64,000 nucleotides of DNA from positions 736,001 to 800,000 of the forward strand of contig OY970166.1 of the NCBI GenBank assembly GCA_963706595.1, given 5' to 3'. Position numbers and translations under genes: made by a program. A model generated the notes under the pieces. The model did not search any database, had not been told where the DNA came from, and saw nothing but the letters and a program-made list of their open reading frames with translations. Positions 1 through 10,000 of the stretch are shown here, piece by piece. The stretch is from an uncultured cyanobacterium. GTDB lineage: Bacteria; Cyanobacteriota; Cyanobacteriia; Cyanobacteriales; Nostocaceae. Position 1 is the first letter of the stretch. Each line of letters begins with the position of its first letter.

Positions 1-2
1 TT

Positions 3-212
3 TCCCTAGTATTATTAGCGCTGACTTATGGTTTAGGTTACAACCGCAATGCTTCTCTTGCTGCCATTATTTGCACCATAGCAGGAGCAGTATTGCCAGT
101 TTTCGGATTATTAGTACCATTCAGTGGTCTAACTCTCAGTGTTGCAGGCTTGCTTTCAGTTATTTGGTTAGCAGCGCGTCACTGGTATGGCTGGTATAGT
201 TTGCAGCTATAA
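3..212 (+). CDS. 3' end of a hydrophobic (membrane) protein gene, truncated by the window edge
   Basis: Frame 3 is open from the edge and reads SLVLLALTYGLGYNRNASLAAIICTIAGAVLPVFGLLV...WYSLQL, ending at TAA 210-212. Confidence 0.65.
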   Translation, partial: SLVLLALTYGLGYNRNASLAAIICTIAGAVLPVFGLLVPFSGLTLSVAGLLSVIWLAARHWYGWYSLQL

Positions 213-440
213 GATACAGTAAAATAACATAAATTTTTTTGGCTCTAGTAGTCTGTCAAAAAGTAATTGACGGATTAGACCCGCATTTCTCACAAGTACA
301 GAGTTCGCATTCCCCATAATCTTTACCCAGAATATGTTTCGGGCATTTTTGACAAGTTATTTTTTGATGCAGTCTGAAAAACCGCAATCTAGATTTTACA
401 AGGGTTTGAGAAATATCAATCAATAAATTACATCGAAATT

Positions 441-648
441 CAGAAGGCAGAAGTACGAGGGCAGAGGGCAGAAGGAACCCACTCTTAAAAGAGTGGGATT
501 GAAGCAAGGACGCTGTTTTTCCTCTACGCGCTGTGCATCTCGTAAAACATCTTCTTTTAAACTGGGCTTTAAACCCAGAACTAAAGTTTTTAAGAGGGCA
601 GGAAACAGAAACCTTCAGCTCCCGCTGCCTCCTGCCCTCTGCCTTTCT
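441..648. repeat. Nostoc-type dispersed repeat with heptamer-repeat arms and internal hairpins
   Basis: Left arm has GCAGAAG/GCAGAGG repeats and right arm has CTGCCTC/CTGCCCT. Internal palindromes are CCCACTCTT-AA-AAGAGTGGG and CTGGGCTTTAAACCCAG. Confidence 0.6.
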
Positions 649-747
649 TGGTAAGGTTTATGACTTGATGTTAAGATTACTTTTGTATTTTAAAAAAAAA
701 TAGACTTGTCCGAAAGCTGCAAAGCCAAATGATTCATAATTTATCAG

Positions 748-827
748 GTAACTGTTCACACTCCCCCCACCTTTCAACGATAAATCAGGGGTTACGAGCA
801 TTTTGTAGGGGGGGAGTGAATAACTAC
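748..827. repeat. Small inverted-repeat element (REP/MITE-like)
   Basis: Imperfect IR: GTAACTGTTCACACTCCCCCC ... GGGGGGAGTGAATAACTAC. Confidence 0.55.
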
Positions 828-878
828 TTTATAAGTTATTCTTGAGTAGATTTTAGCAGTGTTTAAAGGATTTAGAGA

Positions 879-1505
879 GTGAAAAAAATTAACTTATTTT
901 TCAAAAAAGAGCTTAATCTTATTCAGTCATATTACGAAATTAGAAAAGAATGTAAATTTCAAATTTTTTTTTCGGGGATTCTTTTAATCAATTTTTTTGT
1001 TTTGCAGTATTCAGTACCAATATCTCTGGTATTACTCGGTAGTCTAACAACGTCAAGAGAGCAACTTGCTTTATTTTTACAAAGAGCTTCTATTTCATCT
1101 AAAGATCCTCAACAAGCAGAATTAGATGAGGCTTTAGCTAAGAAAGAATCTGAAATATTATTGGGAAAAATAATATTTATATTTGGAATAATATCTATAT
1201 TATTAGGAGTAATAAATAATACTGTGCGTCCGGCGGAAAATTATGATACTTGTGCTAAATTTAATAGTAAGTTTTCCCACTTTCATCGAGATTTAGACTT
1301 ACAAATTTTAAATAAAGGAGGCTTAGAAAATAAGTCAATCGATACTCCGGAATTCAAGATTATGTGTTTATTTTTGATTGAAAAAAGTGATGAGCTTACC
1401 CATCTAATAAATGAATATAACGAAGCTAGATCCCTTAGTCCACGACAAGCTAATATTCAGGCTTTAAAAAATCAAGAGAATAAAGATGAATTAGAAAGTA
1501 ATTAG
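879..1505 (+). CDS. Hypothetical AT-rich membrane protein
   Basis: 208-aa ORF with a GTG start and 2-3 hydrophobic segments; no recognisable motif. Confidence 0.6.
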   Translation: MKKINLFFKKELNLIQSYYEIRKECKFQIFFSGILLINFFVLQYSVPISLVLLGSLTTSREQLALFLQRASISSKDPQQAELDEALAKKESEILLGKIIFIFGIISILLGVINNTVRPAENYDTCAKFNSKFSHFHRDLDLQILNKGGLENKSIDTPEFKIMCLFLIEKSDELTHLINEYNEARSLSPRQANIQALKNQENKDELESN

Positions 1506-1564
1506 TCTGCTATGGGTTGCAATGGTTAGCTGATAAAGGTAAACGCTTTGATTATAAGGAAGAC

Positions 1565-1646
1565 CCGGAACGGGTAAATTTGACCATAACCTCACCTTGA
1601 CTCTTCCTAGCTTGGGATGCTTCACCTCTAAACTTTGAGTGACTTC
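1565..1646 (-). pseudogene. Short transposase fragment
   Basis: Minus strand reads EVTQSLEVKHPKLGRVKVRLWSNL, resembling cyanobacterial DDE transposase internal segments (recognised from memory). Confidence 0.4.
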
Positions 1647-1692
1647 GGTTTGAGAATTGTGGTGATAAATTCGGGTTAGAGACGCTTCAACA

Positions 1693-1770
1693 TTACCAGA
1701 AGCACTGGCTGCTGTCCAACAGATTCAGGATCAGGACTATCGCGCCGATGCCCTAAGTGCCTTAGCTCTT
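1693..1770 (+). pseudogene. Orphan helical repeat unit from a repeat-containing NTPase gene
   Basis: Translates LPEALAAVQQIQDQDYRADALSALA, a TPR/HEAT-like unit typical of cyanobacterial NB-ARC/NACHT protein tails. No start codon context. Confidence 0.55.
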
Positions 1771-2230
1771 CCTGTGTCTAAAGATGCCAACAACTCTACT
1801 TTTCCTTACTTCATTGTTAGTCCATCTCCCCGGAAGAAAAAAATCGCTCTCCGTATATGATTGCGTTCTCTAAGGTTTTTATTTTGTCATAAGTAGTAAG
1901 TGCAGCTATATTCGTAGCTTTAATCACTCAATAAAAATTCTTCAACTTATTTCTTTGTACACATATACTGGATAAGATATTACAGCAGGAAGCGTAAAAC
2001 GATAAATTTAGCATCTATCAATAGTAGGAGTTAGCATATAAATATATTTCTTAAAAAAAGATTATTTTTCTGTCCTTTGGAGGTTTTAACAGTCAAAGCA
2101 CCTCTTAGAGAAGTATATACTTAGAATCAAGTTGTTGTAACAGAGTTGACTTGGCGACATAAAACACCATCCAAAATGGTGAAACTCACCTTGTCCATAA
2201 TCACAGCGATTTAATATCCAATACTTACGT

Positions 2231-3121
2231 ATGATGAGAAATTTTCACAAAAAATTTGTAGTAGTTGCGATTATTGCAACTTTCGCAAGTGGCTGTAGGT
2301 CTACAGATGAGTACAAAAAATTCGCTGAAGCAGGAAATAATTTTGCTGAAGCTACTAATTCTCTATTGATGGATGCTGAAAAAATTACAATCGATACAAC
2401 ATCTGAGAGAATACTAAGTGTTAGAAAAACTAGCGGAGAATTTCAGCCTAGTGATGAAGCCGCTAAAAAGTTCGTTGATCGCTACACTGAATTATCAGAA
2501 GGAGACAAAAAACGGCTTGAACTTATCAAAGAGCTTCGTAGGCATAACCAATTTTTGCAAGCTTATTTTAATAAACTTATAGAGCTAACTGGTTCTGACT
2601 CTCCTGAGAGAAGTAAAGCCGCAGTGGAGAGTATAGCTAACAATTTACAAAATAGTGGTAGCAAACTTGTAAGCCGAAGTCCCATCAAAATTGATAGGCT
2701 ACCATCGGTAACTAAGATAGTTCTTGACGCTCGGATTCGTGGCGCACTTAGAGAAGAATTAGAAAAGCGCAAATATACTATCTATCAAGAAATAACTACC
2801 CAGGAAAAAGTGCTGAAACACATCAGCGATTCAGTTGAAACAGACATCCAAAGGCTACGAGGGTTCCAAGAATCTCGTTTGGTGTTAAAACCACTCACTC
2901 AGTCAGCAGAAGTTAATGACGATACATGGATAGCAACAAGATATCAGGTTCTGACACGGGAGGCTGAAGTAGTCACAAAAATCAACGATGCAAGTGATAA
3001 ATTAACAAAATTTAAAGAGTTGTTTATTGCTTCCATAGAGGGAGATTTAACCAGTAAACGTCTTGATAATTTCATCCAAGAAACTAATTCATTTTCAGCA
3101 CTTGTTTCCAGCCAACAATAA
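2231..3121 (+). CDS. Predicted all-helical lipoprotein
   Basis: Basic N-terminus, hydrophobic stretch and lipobox ASG-C22; the remainder is amphipathic/coiled-coil-like. Ends 24 bp before the next gene. Confidence 0.85.
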   Translation: MMRNFHKKFVVVAIIATFASGCRSTDEYKKFAEAGNNFAEATNSLLMDAEKITIDTTSERILSVRKTSGEFQPSDEAAKKFVDRYTELSEGDKKRLELIKELRRHNQFLQAYFNKLIELTGSDSPERSKAAVESIANNLQNSGSKLVSRSPIKIDRLPSVTKIVLDARIRGALREELEKRKYTIYQEITTQEKVLKHISDSVETDIQRLRGFQESRLVLKPLTQSAEVNDDTWIATRYQVLTREAEVVTKINDASDKLTKFKELFIASIEGDLTSKRLDNFIQETNSFSALVSSQQ

Positions 3122-3145
3122 TCGTTATTCAGGAAAAATTTAAGT

Positions 3146-6100
3146 ATGCCTATTAATTCTGAAGCTGAAGCTCAAGCAATTTTGGAGAAATTAAGACAAG
3201 TTGATGCGAAACTTAACTCTCCACAAGTTTTATTCACCATTGATAATGAAAGCGATCAACGTAAAAAAGATGCTTTTAACGAAGCGAGAAATAAAATCGT
3301 TGCTCAAATTCGACAACTAGAAGATCAGAGCCTTTCTTTATTATTAGCAAGTCTACAATCAAATGAAGCTTCGTTCCAACAAGGAATAGATAACTTAAAC
3401 CGCGAAATTGAAACAGCTAATAGTATAGCTAGAATCACAGAGGCAATTGATAGAGTCCTGAGTGTTGTCACTGCGATAGTGATTCCCACGCGAGGAATCA
3501 GAAGCCGGAAAATATACGTTTTACTGGTGGGAATCGATAACTATCCCAATCCCAATCATTGCCTCCAAGGTTGTATAAACGACATTACAGCTATAGAAGA
3601 GTATGTAAACGAACGGTTTGACCCGCAAGAATATGAACTGCATTTACTCAAGCTTCAAGATGAACAAGCAACCCGTGAGGCAATTATTAATGGCTTCCGC
3701 AACCATCTTTGTCAAGCTCAAAAAGATGATGTAGTTTTGTTCTACTACAGTGGTCATGGTTCCCAAGAACTAGCACCCAAGGAATTTTGGCACATAGAAC
3801 CAGACCATTTGGATGAAACTTTAGTCTGCTACGACAGTCGTACCGAGAACGGTTGGGATTTAGCAGATAAGGAGTTGGCGAAACTAATTGCAGAAGTCGC
3901 AGAAAAAGAACCACACATAACCATCATTATGGATTGTTGTCACTCTGGTTCTGGTACTAAAGACCCCACGCAAGCAGCCAAAGAACGTCGTTTTCCCGCC
4001 GACAAGCGAGAACGTCCTTTAGATAGCTTTATTTTTACACTGGAAGATTTAGAGAAACTGACAGATTCCTGTGAACGTGATCCCGAAAAACACCCCACAG
4101 GTTGGAAGATCCCCAAAGGTCGTCATGTGCTGCTAGCGGCTTGTCGAGACTACGAAACAGCCAAGGAATACCCAGGTAAGTTTAGGGGTTATTTCTCATA
4201 TTATTTGTTGGATACACTCACCAAGACAAACGGAAAGCTGACATATCGGGATTTATTTGCCCGCACAAATGCTATTGTCCGCAGTGAAAGTAGAGAACAG
4301 TCTCCGCAATTGGAAGTGAATGATCCCCAAGATGGTGATAAGTTCTTTCTTGATGGTGCCATAGCAGAAGTTGAACCATACTTCATTGTGACCCATGACA
4401 AAACCTCTGGCTGGGTGATTGAAGGTGGTGCTGTCCACGGAGTACAACCACCGAAAAATGGTGAAACTACTTTATTTGCATTGTTTAAATTTGATGCTAA
4501 TAATGACGATTTGCGCGACCCCTCAAAGTCTGTAGGTACAGCCAAAGTCACTCAGATATGGCCAACTAAGAGCAAAATCGAGATCGAAGGAGTAGAAAAC
4601 CTAGCTACTGATAGCACTTTTAAAGCAGTTGTCACCAGTTTACCCCTACCACCTTTAAGTGTTTCCTTTGAAGGAGACGAAGCGGGTATAAATTTAGTGC
4701 GTGAACAGCTAAACAAAGCTGGACTCAATGGTAAACCTTCCGCCTATGTCCGCGAGTCCCAAGAAAAGGGCAATGCAGAGTTGCGCCTGTTATGTCGCAA
4801 TAACCAGTATGTAATAGCCCAACCCACAGATGAACGCCCCCTAGTGGCTCAAATTGATGGTTACACCCCAGACAACGCAGAGAAGGCAATTAAACGCTTA
4901 GAACATATTGCCCGATGGAAAACAATTGCTCAACTTGCAAATACTGCGGCGACTCAGATTAAAGCTGCTGATGTGAAGATGGAACTCATCTTTAAAGACG
5001 AGGATTTATCACAATCACAGCAGATGCGTTTGCAGTACAAGTATAAAGACGGTAAGTGGCAACAACCAGAATTTAAACTCAGACTTACCAATACAACTAA
5101 AAAGCCTCTTTACTGTGCTTTAGTCAACCTTTCAGACAGTTTTTCCATTAGCGCCCCATTTTTTGAATCTGGTAGTATCAGGTTGCAAGCAGGAGAATCA
5201 GCTTATGCTTTAGATGGAGAAGAATTAATACTTGAAGTCCCTAATGAATATTGGCAACAGGGAATTACCGAGTACAAAGACATTATTAAGTTGATTGTCA
5301 GCAATGACGAATTTGATGCCAGATTACTAAATCAAGATAAACTAGATGCTCCTCGACCTGTATCTAGAAATATAGAATCTGCAAATCAAAGTAGTCTTGA
5401 GCGTTTAATGGATCGGACACAAAATCGTGAAATCAGAGCTAAAAGTAGTGCAGTTAGTTTTGACGATTGGTATGCAGAGGAAATCACAATTACCACAGTC
5501 CGTCCCTTGGAATCTACCCCAGTTTCCCCAGAACAAGAACAACAATTAGGAGTAGGGGTGAAATTACAACCCCATCCCACCTTAAAGGCAAATGTTCGCC
5601 TCACAACTACACCACAAGTCAGCCGAGATTTGGGTAATAACATTGTGCCTCCCATTCTGCGGGAAGATCCAGAAGTAACTCAACCTTTCCAATTTACTAC
5701 GAGTCGGGGTACAGACCCAGGATTAAGTGTACTGGAACTGAATGACGTTACAGATTACGAAGTTGTCACCTCAGATGCACCTCTGAAGCTGTTAGTTGAT
5801 GCACCCCTAGCAGATAATGAATATCTACTTCCTATAGGTTATGACGGTGAATTTTTCTTACCTCTAGGGCGTGGTCAAACAACTAAAGACGGTAAAACAG
5901 AAATTATCCTCGAAAGATTACCAGCCCCCGTGAGTGAGGGAGAACGCAGTCTGCAAGGTGCTATTCGCATCTTCTTTCAAAAAGTAATCAGCCAGGGTTT
6001 GGGACGGGAATTTAAGTATCCGATATTAGCAGTGGCGGAAATAACAGAGAACCCGAAAAAGAAAGTCATCTATCATCAGGATGTAGCTTATGTCAGGGAG

Positions 6101-6967
6101 CAGGTAAAAAACGCTAAACGAATTGCTCTCTACATCCACGGTATTATCGGCGATACCGAAAGTTTAGTTTCCACCATCAAACAGCCTGTATTGCAGCCAG
6201 ATGGGCAAAAGATTTCCATCAGCGAACTTTACGACCTCGTTCTTACCTTTGATTATGAAAATTTAAATACTTCTATTGAGCAGAATGCCCAACATTTGAA
6301 ACGACGGCTAACAGATGTAGGTTTAGGAGAAAACCATGATAAAGAACTACACATTATTGCTCACTCAATGGGTGGTTTAGTATCTCGTTGGTTTATTGAA
6401 CAGGAAAGTGGGCATAAATTTGTCCAACACCTAATTATGTTGGGTACACCAAACGCCGGTTCTCCTTGGTCTGTGGTGGAAGATTGGGTAAAACTGACTC
6501 TGGGTATTGCACTCAACAGTCTTGCTACAGTTGCTCCCCCGGCAAAAGTAGTAGGTACGTTGCTTGGTACATTAGAAAAAAATATCCGGGTATCTCTAGC
6601 CCAAATGAACCCAGCTTCGGAATTTCTCAATTCTCTGGCCGCTAGTGATGACCCTGGTATTCCTTACTCAATTATTGCTGGTAATACCTCTATTATTGCC
6701 GCAGCATTAGAGGAACAACCACAGAAAAAGTCCAGTATCTTGAAACGGCTACAACAACGTTTATTTAATAAAGTGGTAGACTTACCGTTCTTCGGGGTGC
6801 CAAATGATATAGCTGTGAAGGTGGATAGTATCAAGAGTGTTCCTACAGGGCGATCGCATCCTCCCCACATTCAAGAAGTACCTTGCGACCACATGAGTTA
6901 TTTCCTAAATGAACCTACTGAAGTTGGGTTACAAGCTTTGATTGCAGCTATTAGAAGGCAGAAATAA
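3146..6967 (+). CDS. Caspase-like (peptidase C14) protein with N-terminal helical domain and C-terminal alpha/beta-hydrolase (lipase-like) domain
   Basis: LLVGIDNY, YSGHGSQ and MDCCHSG give the His-Cys dyad. C-terminal YIHGIIG, AHSMGG nucleophile elbow, LGTPNAGS, NDIAV and CDHMSY give a Ser-Asp-His triad. Confidence 0.9.
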   Translation: MPINSEAEAQAILEKLRQVDAKLNSPQVLFTIDNESDQRKKDAFNEARNKIVAQIRQLEDQSLSLLLASLQSNEASFQQGIDNLNREIETANSIARITEAIDRVLSVVTAIVIPTRGIRSRKIYVLLVGIDNYPNPNHCLQGCINDITAIEEYVNERFDPQEYELHLLKLQDEQATREAIINGFRNHLCQAQKDDVVLFYYSGHGSQELAPKEFWHIEPDHLDETLVCYDSRTENGWDLADKELAKLIAEVAEKEPHITIIMDCCHSGSGTKDPTQAAKERRFPADKRERPLDSFIFTLEDLEKLTDSCERDPEKHPTGWKIPKGRHVLLAACRDYETAKEYPGKFRGYFSYYLLDTLTKTNGKLTYRDLFARTNAIVRSESREQSPQLEVNDPQDGDKFFLDGAIAEVEPYFIVTHDKTSGWVIEGGAVHGVQPPKNGETTLFALFKFDANNDDLRDPSKSVGTAKVTQIWPTKSKIEIEGVENLATDSTFKAVVTSLPLPPLSVSFEGDEAGINLVREQLNKAGLNGKPSAYVRESQEKGNAELRLLCRNNQYVIAQPTDERPLVAQIDGYTPDNAEKAIKRLEHIARWKTIAQLANTAATQIKAADVKMELIFKDEDLSQSQQMRLQYKYKDGKWQQPEFKLRLTNTTKKPLYCALVNLSDSFSISAPFFESGSIRLQAGESAYALDGEELILEVPNEYWQQGITEYKDIIKLIVSNDEFDARLLNQDKLDAPRPVSRNIESANQSSLERLMDRTQNREIRAKSSAVSFDDWYAEEITITTVRPLESTPVSPEQEQQLGVGVKLQPHPTLKANVRLTTTPQVSRDLGNNIVPPILREDPEVTQPFQFTTSRGTDPGLSVLELNDVTDYEVVTSDAPLKLLVDAPLADNEYLLPIGYDGEFFLPLGRGQTTKDGKTEIILERLPAPVSEGERSLQGAIRIFFQKVISQGLGREFKYPILAVAEITENPKKKVIYHQDVAYVREQVKNAKRIALYIHGIIGDTESLVSTIKQPVLQPDGQKISISELYDLVLTFDYENLNTSIEQNAQHLKRRLTDVGLGENHDKELHIIAHSMGGLVSRWFIEQESGHKFVQHLIMLGTPNAGSPWSVVEDWVKLTLGIALNSLATVAPPAKVVGTLLGTLEKNIRVSLAQMNPASEFLNSLAASDDPGIPYSIIAGNTSIIAAALEEQPQKKSSILKRLQQRLFNKVVDLPFFGVPNDIAVKVDSIKSVPTGRSHPPHIQEVPCDHMSYFLNEPTEVGLQALIAAIRRQK

Positions 6968-6978
6968 AAAATACCCAA

Positions 6979-7018
6979 AAGGCAAAAGTAGGCATTCTAA
7001 ATGTCTATCTTTTGCCTT
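6979..7018 (+). terminator. Intergenic stem-loop (terminator or mRNA-processing hairpin)
   Basis: AAGGCAAAAG-TAGGCAT-TCTAA-ATGTCTA-T-CTTTTGCCTT directly after the stop codon; no strong U tract. Confidence 0.45.
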
Positions 7019-7056
7019 ACTCATTTTTCCATTTATTAGGCTGAGGGAATACGTAA

Positions 7057-10000
7057 ATGTCTAAACATGATTTTCATCGTAATTTTGCTATTATTATCGG
7101 TATTAATAATTATCAAAATAGTATTAGAGAGTTAAAAAGCGCAGTTCCAGATGCTCTCAAATTAGCTGAAATTATTCAAAAGCAACATGAAAATCTAAAA
7201 CCGCAATATCAGGGAGAAAATAAGTATGAAGTGCAATTATTATTGAATCAACGTGCTAGTCTTAGCCAGCTAAAACAATTAATTGCAGATTTCAAACAAG
7301 GAGAAATAACGCTTGACAAGAAAAAAGTTACAATTACAGAAAGCGATCGCCTCCTCTTCTATTTTGCTGGACATGGGATTGCTTTAGATGCTCTAGAAAA
7401 TCAAGAAGGGCCTGTAGGTTATCTGATTCCTCAAGATGCTATATCCGGTGATAGTAGTACCTACTTGCCGATGCAGGAATTGCATGATGCTTTGAACGCA
7501 CTTCCTTGTAGGCATATGTTAGCAATTCTTGATTGCTGCTTTGCCGGAGCTTTCCGTTGGGCAAGCGTGAAGCGGGAAGTTGTACGCAAAGTTCAGATAT
7601 ATAAAGAACGCTACGACAGATTTATAAGCGATCGCGCTTGGCAAGTTATTACTTCCGCATCTGACGACCAAAAAGCTTTAGATTCCTTGGTGGGATCGCG
7701 CGGGAGAGTCACAGACGGAAATGAAGTTCATTCTCCCTTTGCCCAAGCTCTGTTTGACGCTTTGCTGGGGAAAGGTGCAGATTCAAATCAAGATGGTATG
7801 GTCACTGCAACTGAGCTTTACTCATATTTGCGCGATCAAGTAGAAATCGCCTCAGAAAATTACTACCAGCGACAAACTCCTAGTTTATGTCCACTCAGGA
7901 AACATGATAAAGGGGAATTTATCTTTTTGTTGCCTGATTTTGACCGAGATAAATTGGAAGATGCGCCACCACTAAACGTAAAAAATAATCCGTATCGAGG
8001 ATTATCTTCCTATGATGAAAAAGACAGTAATTTGTTTTTTGGTAGAGAAGATCAAATTCAAAAGCTTTACCAGAAAGTAGTTGATAACAAACAACAATTA
8101 ACATTAGTCTTGGGTGCTTCGGGAACGGGTAAATCTAGTTTGGTGAAAGCTGGACTTATTCCTAAACTCAGGAAGGATGACAAAACTTGGCGTATCTTGC
8201 CGCCTTTTCGACCAGGGGAGTCTCCTTTGAAGTCATTGAATAACGTACTAGAATCGGTCAAGCAGCCTTTAATCCAAGCAGGAACATCTTCCCATTTATT
8301 CACCCCAGCCGAAGAAAGCTTGGGAAATTGGTTCAAGAATAATCCTCAAGCAAAGCTACTGGTGATTATCGATCAGTTTGAAGAATTGATAACTTTATCT
8401 AAGAGTGAAGAAGCAGAGAAATTTCAGATATTTATTAAAAATATAGTTGCTAAATACCCTAACAACATCCATGTAGTTATTACCTTGCGACTCGATTTTG
8501 AAGCGCAGTTTCAAACCTCGGTACTCAAAGACTTTTGGAATGATGATGCTCGGTTTGTTGTTTCACCAATGAGCCAAAATGAATTCCGGGAAGCAATTGA
8601 GAAACCTGCATCACAAAAAGTTATATATTTCGACCCTCCCAGCTTGGTAGACGAACTAATTAACGAAGTCGTACAAATGCCGGGAGCTTTACCTTTGCTT
8701 TCTTTCACCCTGAGTGAATTGTACTTGAAGTATTTAGGCGATCGCACTAGGGATAACCGGGCTTTAACCAAGAAAGATTATGAAGAGTTGGGAAGGGTGG
8801 TTGGTTCTTTAACCAAGCGTGCCAACCAGGAATATGAGAAGTTAGTTGCAGAAGACAGTGCTTATCAAGATACAGTGCGGCGAGTAATGTTACGGATGAT
8901 TTCATTGCAGGGTGGCGAGTTAGCACGGCGACAAGTTCCTAAATCGGAACTTATATATACTGACGAGAAGGAAACTGAGCGGGTGAACACAGTCATCAAA
9001 AGCTTTTCTGAAGCCCGCTTAATCATAGAAGGTTCCAATCCTCAAAGTGAACCTTATGTGGAGCCTGCTCATGATGCTTTAGTAATGGGATGGGGCAGGA
9101 TTAGGAACTGGCTGAATGAGAGACAAGCAAAGGTTAAGACAGTAAGTCAATGGCATCAACTCAAAACATGGTTTAACGTAAGGTTGCTTGAAGGAGATAG
9201 CAATAAAGTCACTCGCCCTGAAGCAGAACAAGCATTAAAGGTCAATCTCTCTTTACAAAGGGAGGTGACTAATGCTGCTAATAATTGGAGTAGGAAAAGA
9301 GAAAGTGACAGGGATAAACAGGCTGTTGGTTTTCTCTGGGATAGAGATCCCCGCTTACCCCAATTGGAACAAATTCAGCAATCTGATGATAACTGGTTTA
9401 ACAAAACTGAGACTCAGTTTGTTGAGCATAGTATCACTCAGAAACGACGGAACATTCGCAACTTTTGGATCGCAGTCGTTCTTGCATTCGCTGGAGTAAC
9501 CAGTTTTGCCCTTTACTTTTGGTGGCAACTTCAACAGAGCCAACTGCGGGAGAAAATTACTAGATCGGAAAATTTACTAGCGACAGATCCTTTAGCAAGT
9601 TTAGTAATAGCAATAGATGCTATTGGGCGGAATCGCAATACTCCTATTGTTAACGTGAATATATTACCTGAAGTCCGATACAGTTTACTCAGTGCAGTAC
9701 AAACTTCTAGAGAACGTAATCGATTCTCTGACAATGTTCAGGGAAAAGCCATTGCCTTAAGTCCAGATGGTGAAAAAATTGCTAGTGCAGATGGGAATGG
9801 TAATGTTTACTTATGGGATTTGCAAGGCAAACAGCAATGGAAAAGAAATGTAACAACACCTCTTGGGAATATAAAATTTTTAGAGTTTAGTCCTGATGGA
9901 AAGATTTTGATTGCTACAAGTGATCAGTATAACTCTAGTGCTGAAAATAATACACCCAATCCAGTACAATTTTGGGACTTGCAAGGCAACCAAATTCAAC

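Larger units (their letters stand above)
280..1675. mobile_element. MITE-bounded non-autonomous element carrying cargo
   Basis: Ends are CCCGCATTTC (280) and AAATTCGGG (1675), flanked by a TTAGA direct repeat (275-279 and 1676-1680). Segments 280-412 and 1647-1675 together match the compact copy at 57653-57804 on the reverse strand. Confidence 0.65.

Noticed and set aside
280..420. Possible CRISPR leader
   Set aside because: No repeat-spacer array follows and no cas genes are present; a MITE with a second copy at 57653-57804 explains it better.
256..507. 83-aa minus-strand ORF
   Set aside because: It is made entirely of MITE and heptamer-repeat sequence, with no protein motif.
2231..3121. 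Gasdermin next to caspases
   Set aside because: It has a lipoprotein signal and appears helical, unlike beta-rich cytoplasmic bacterial gasdermins.
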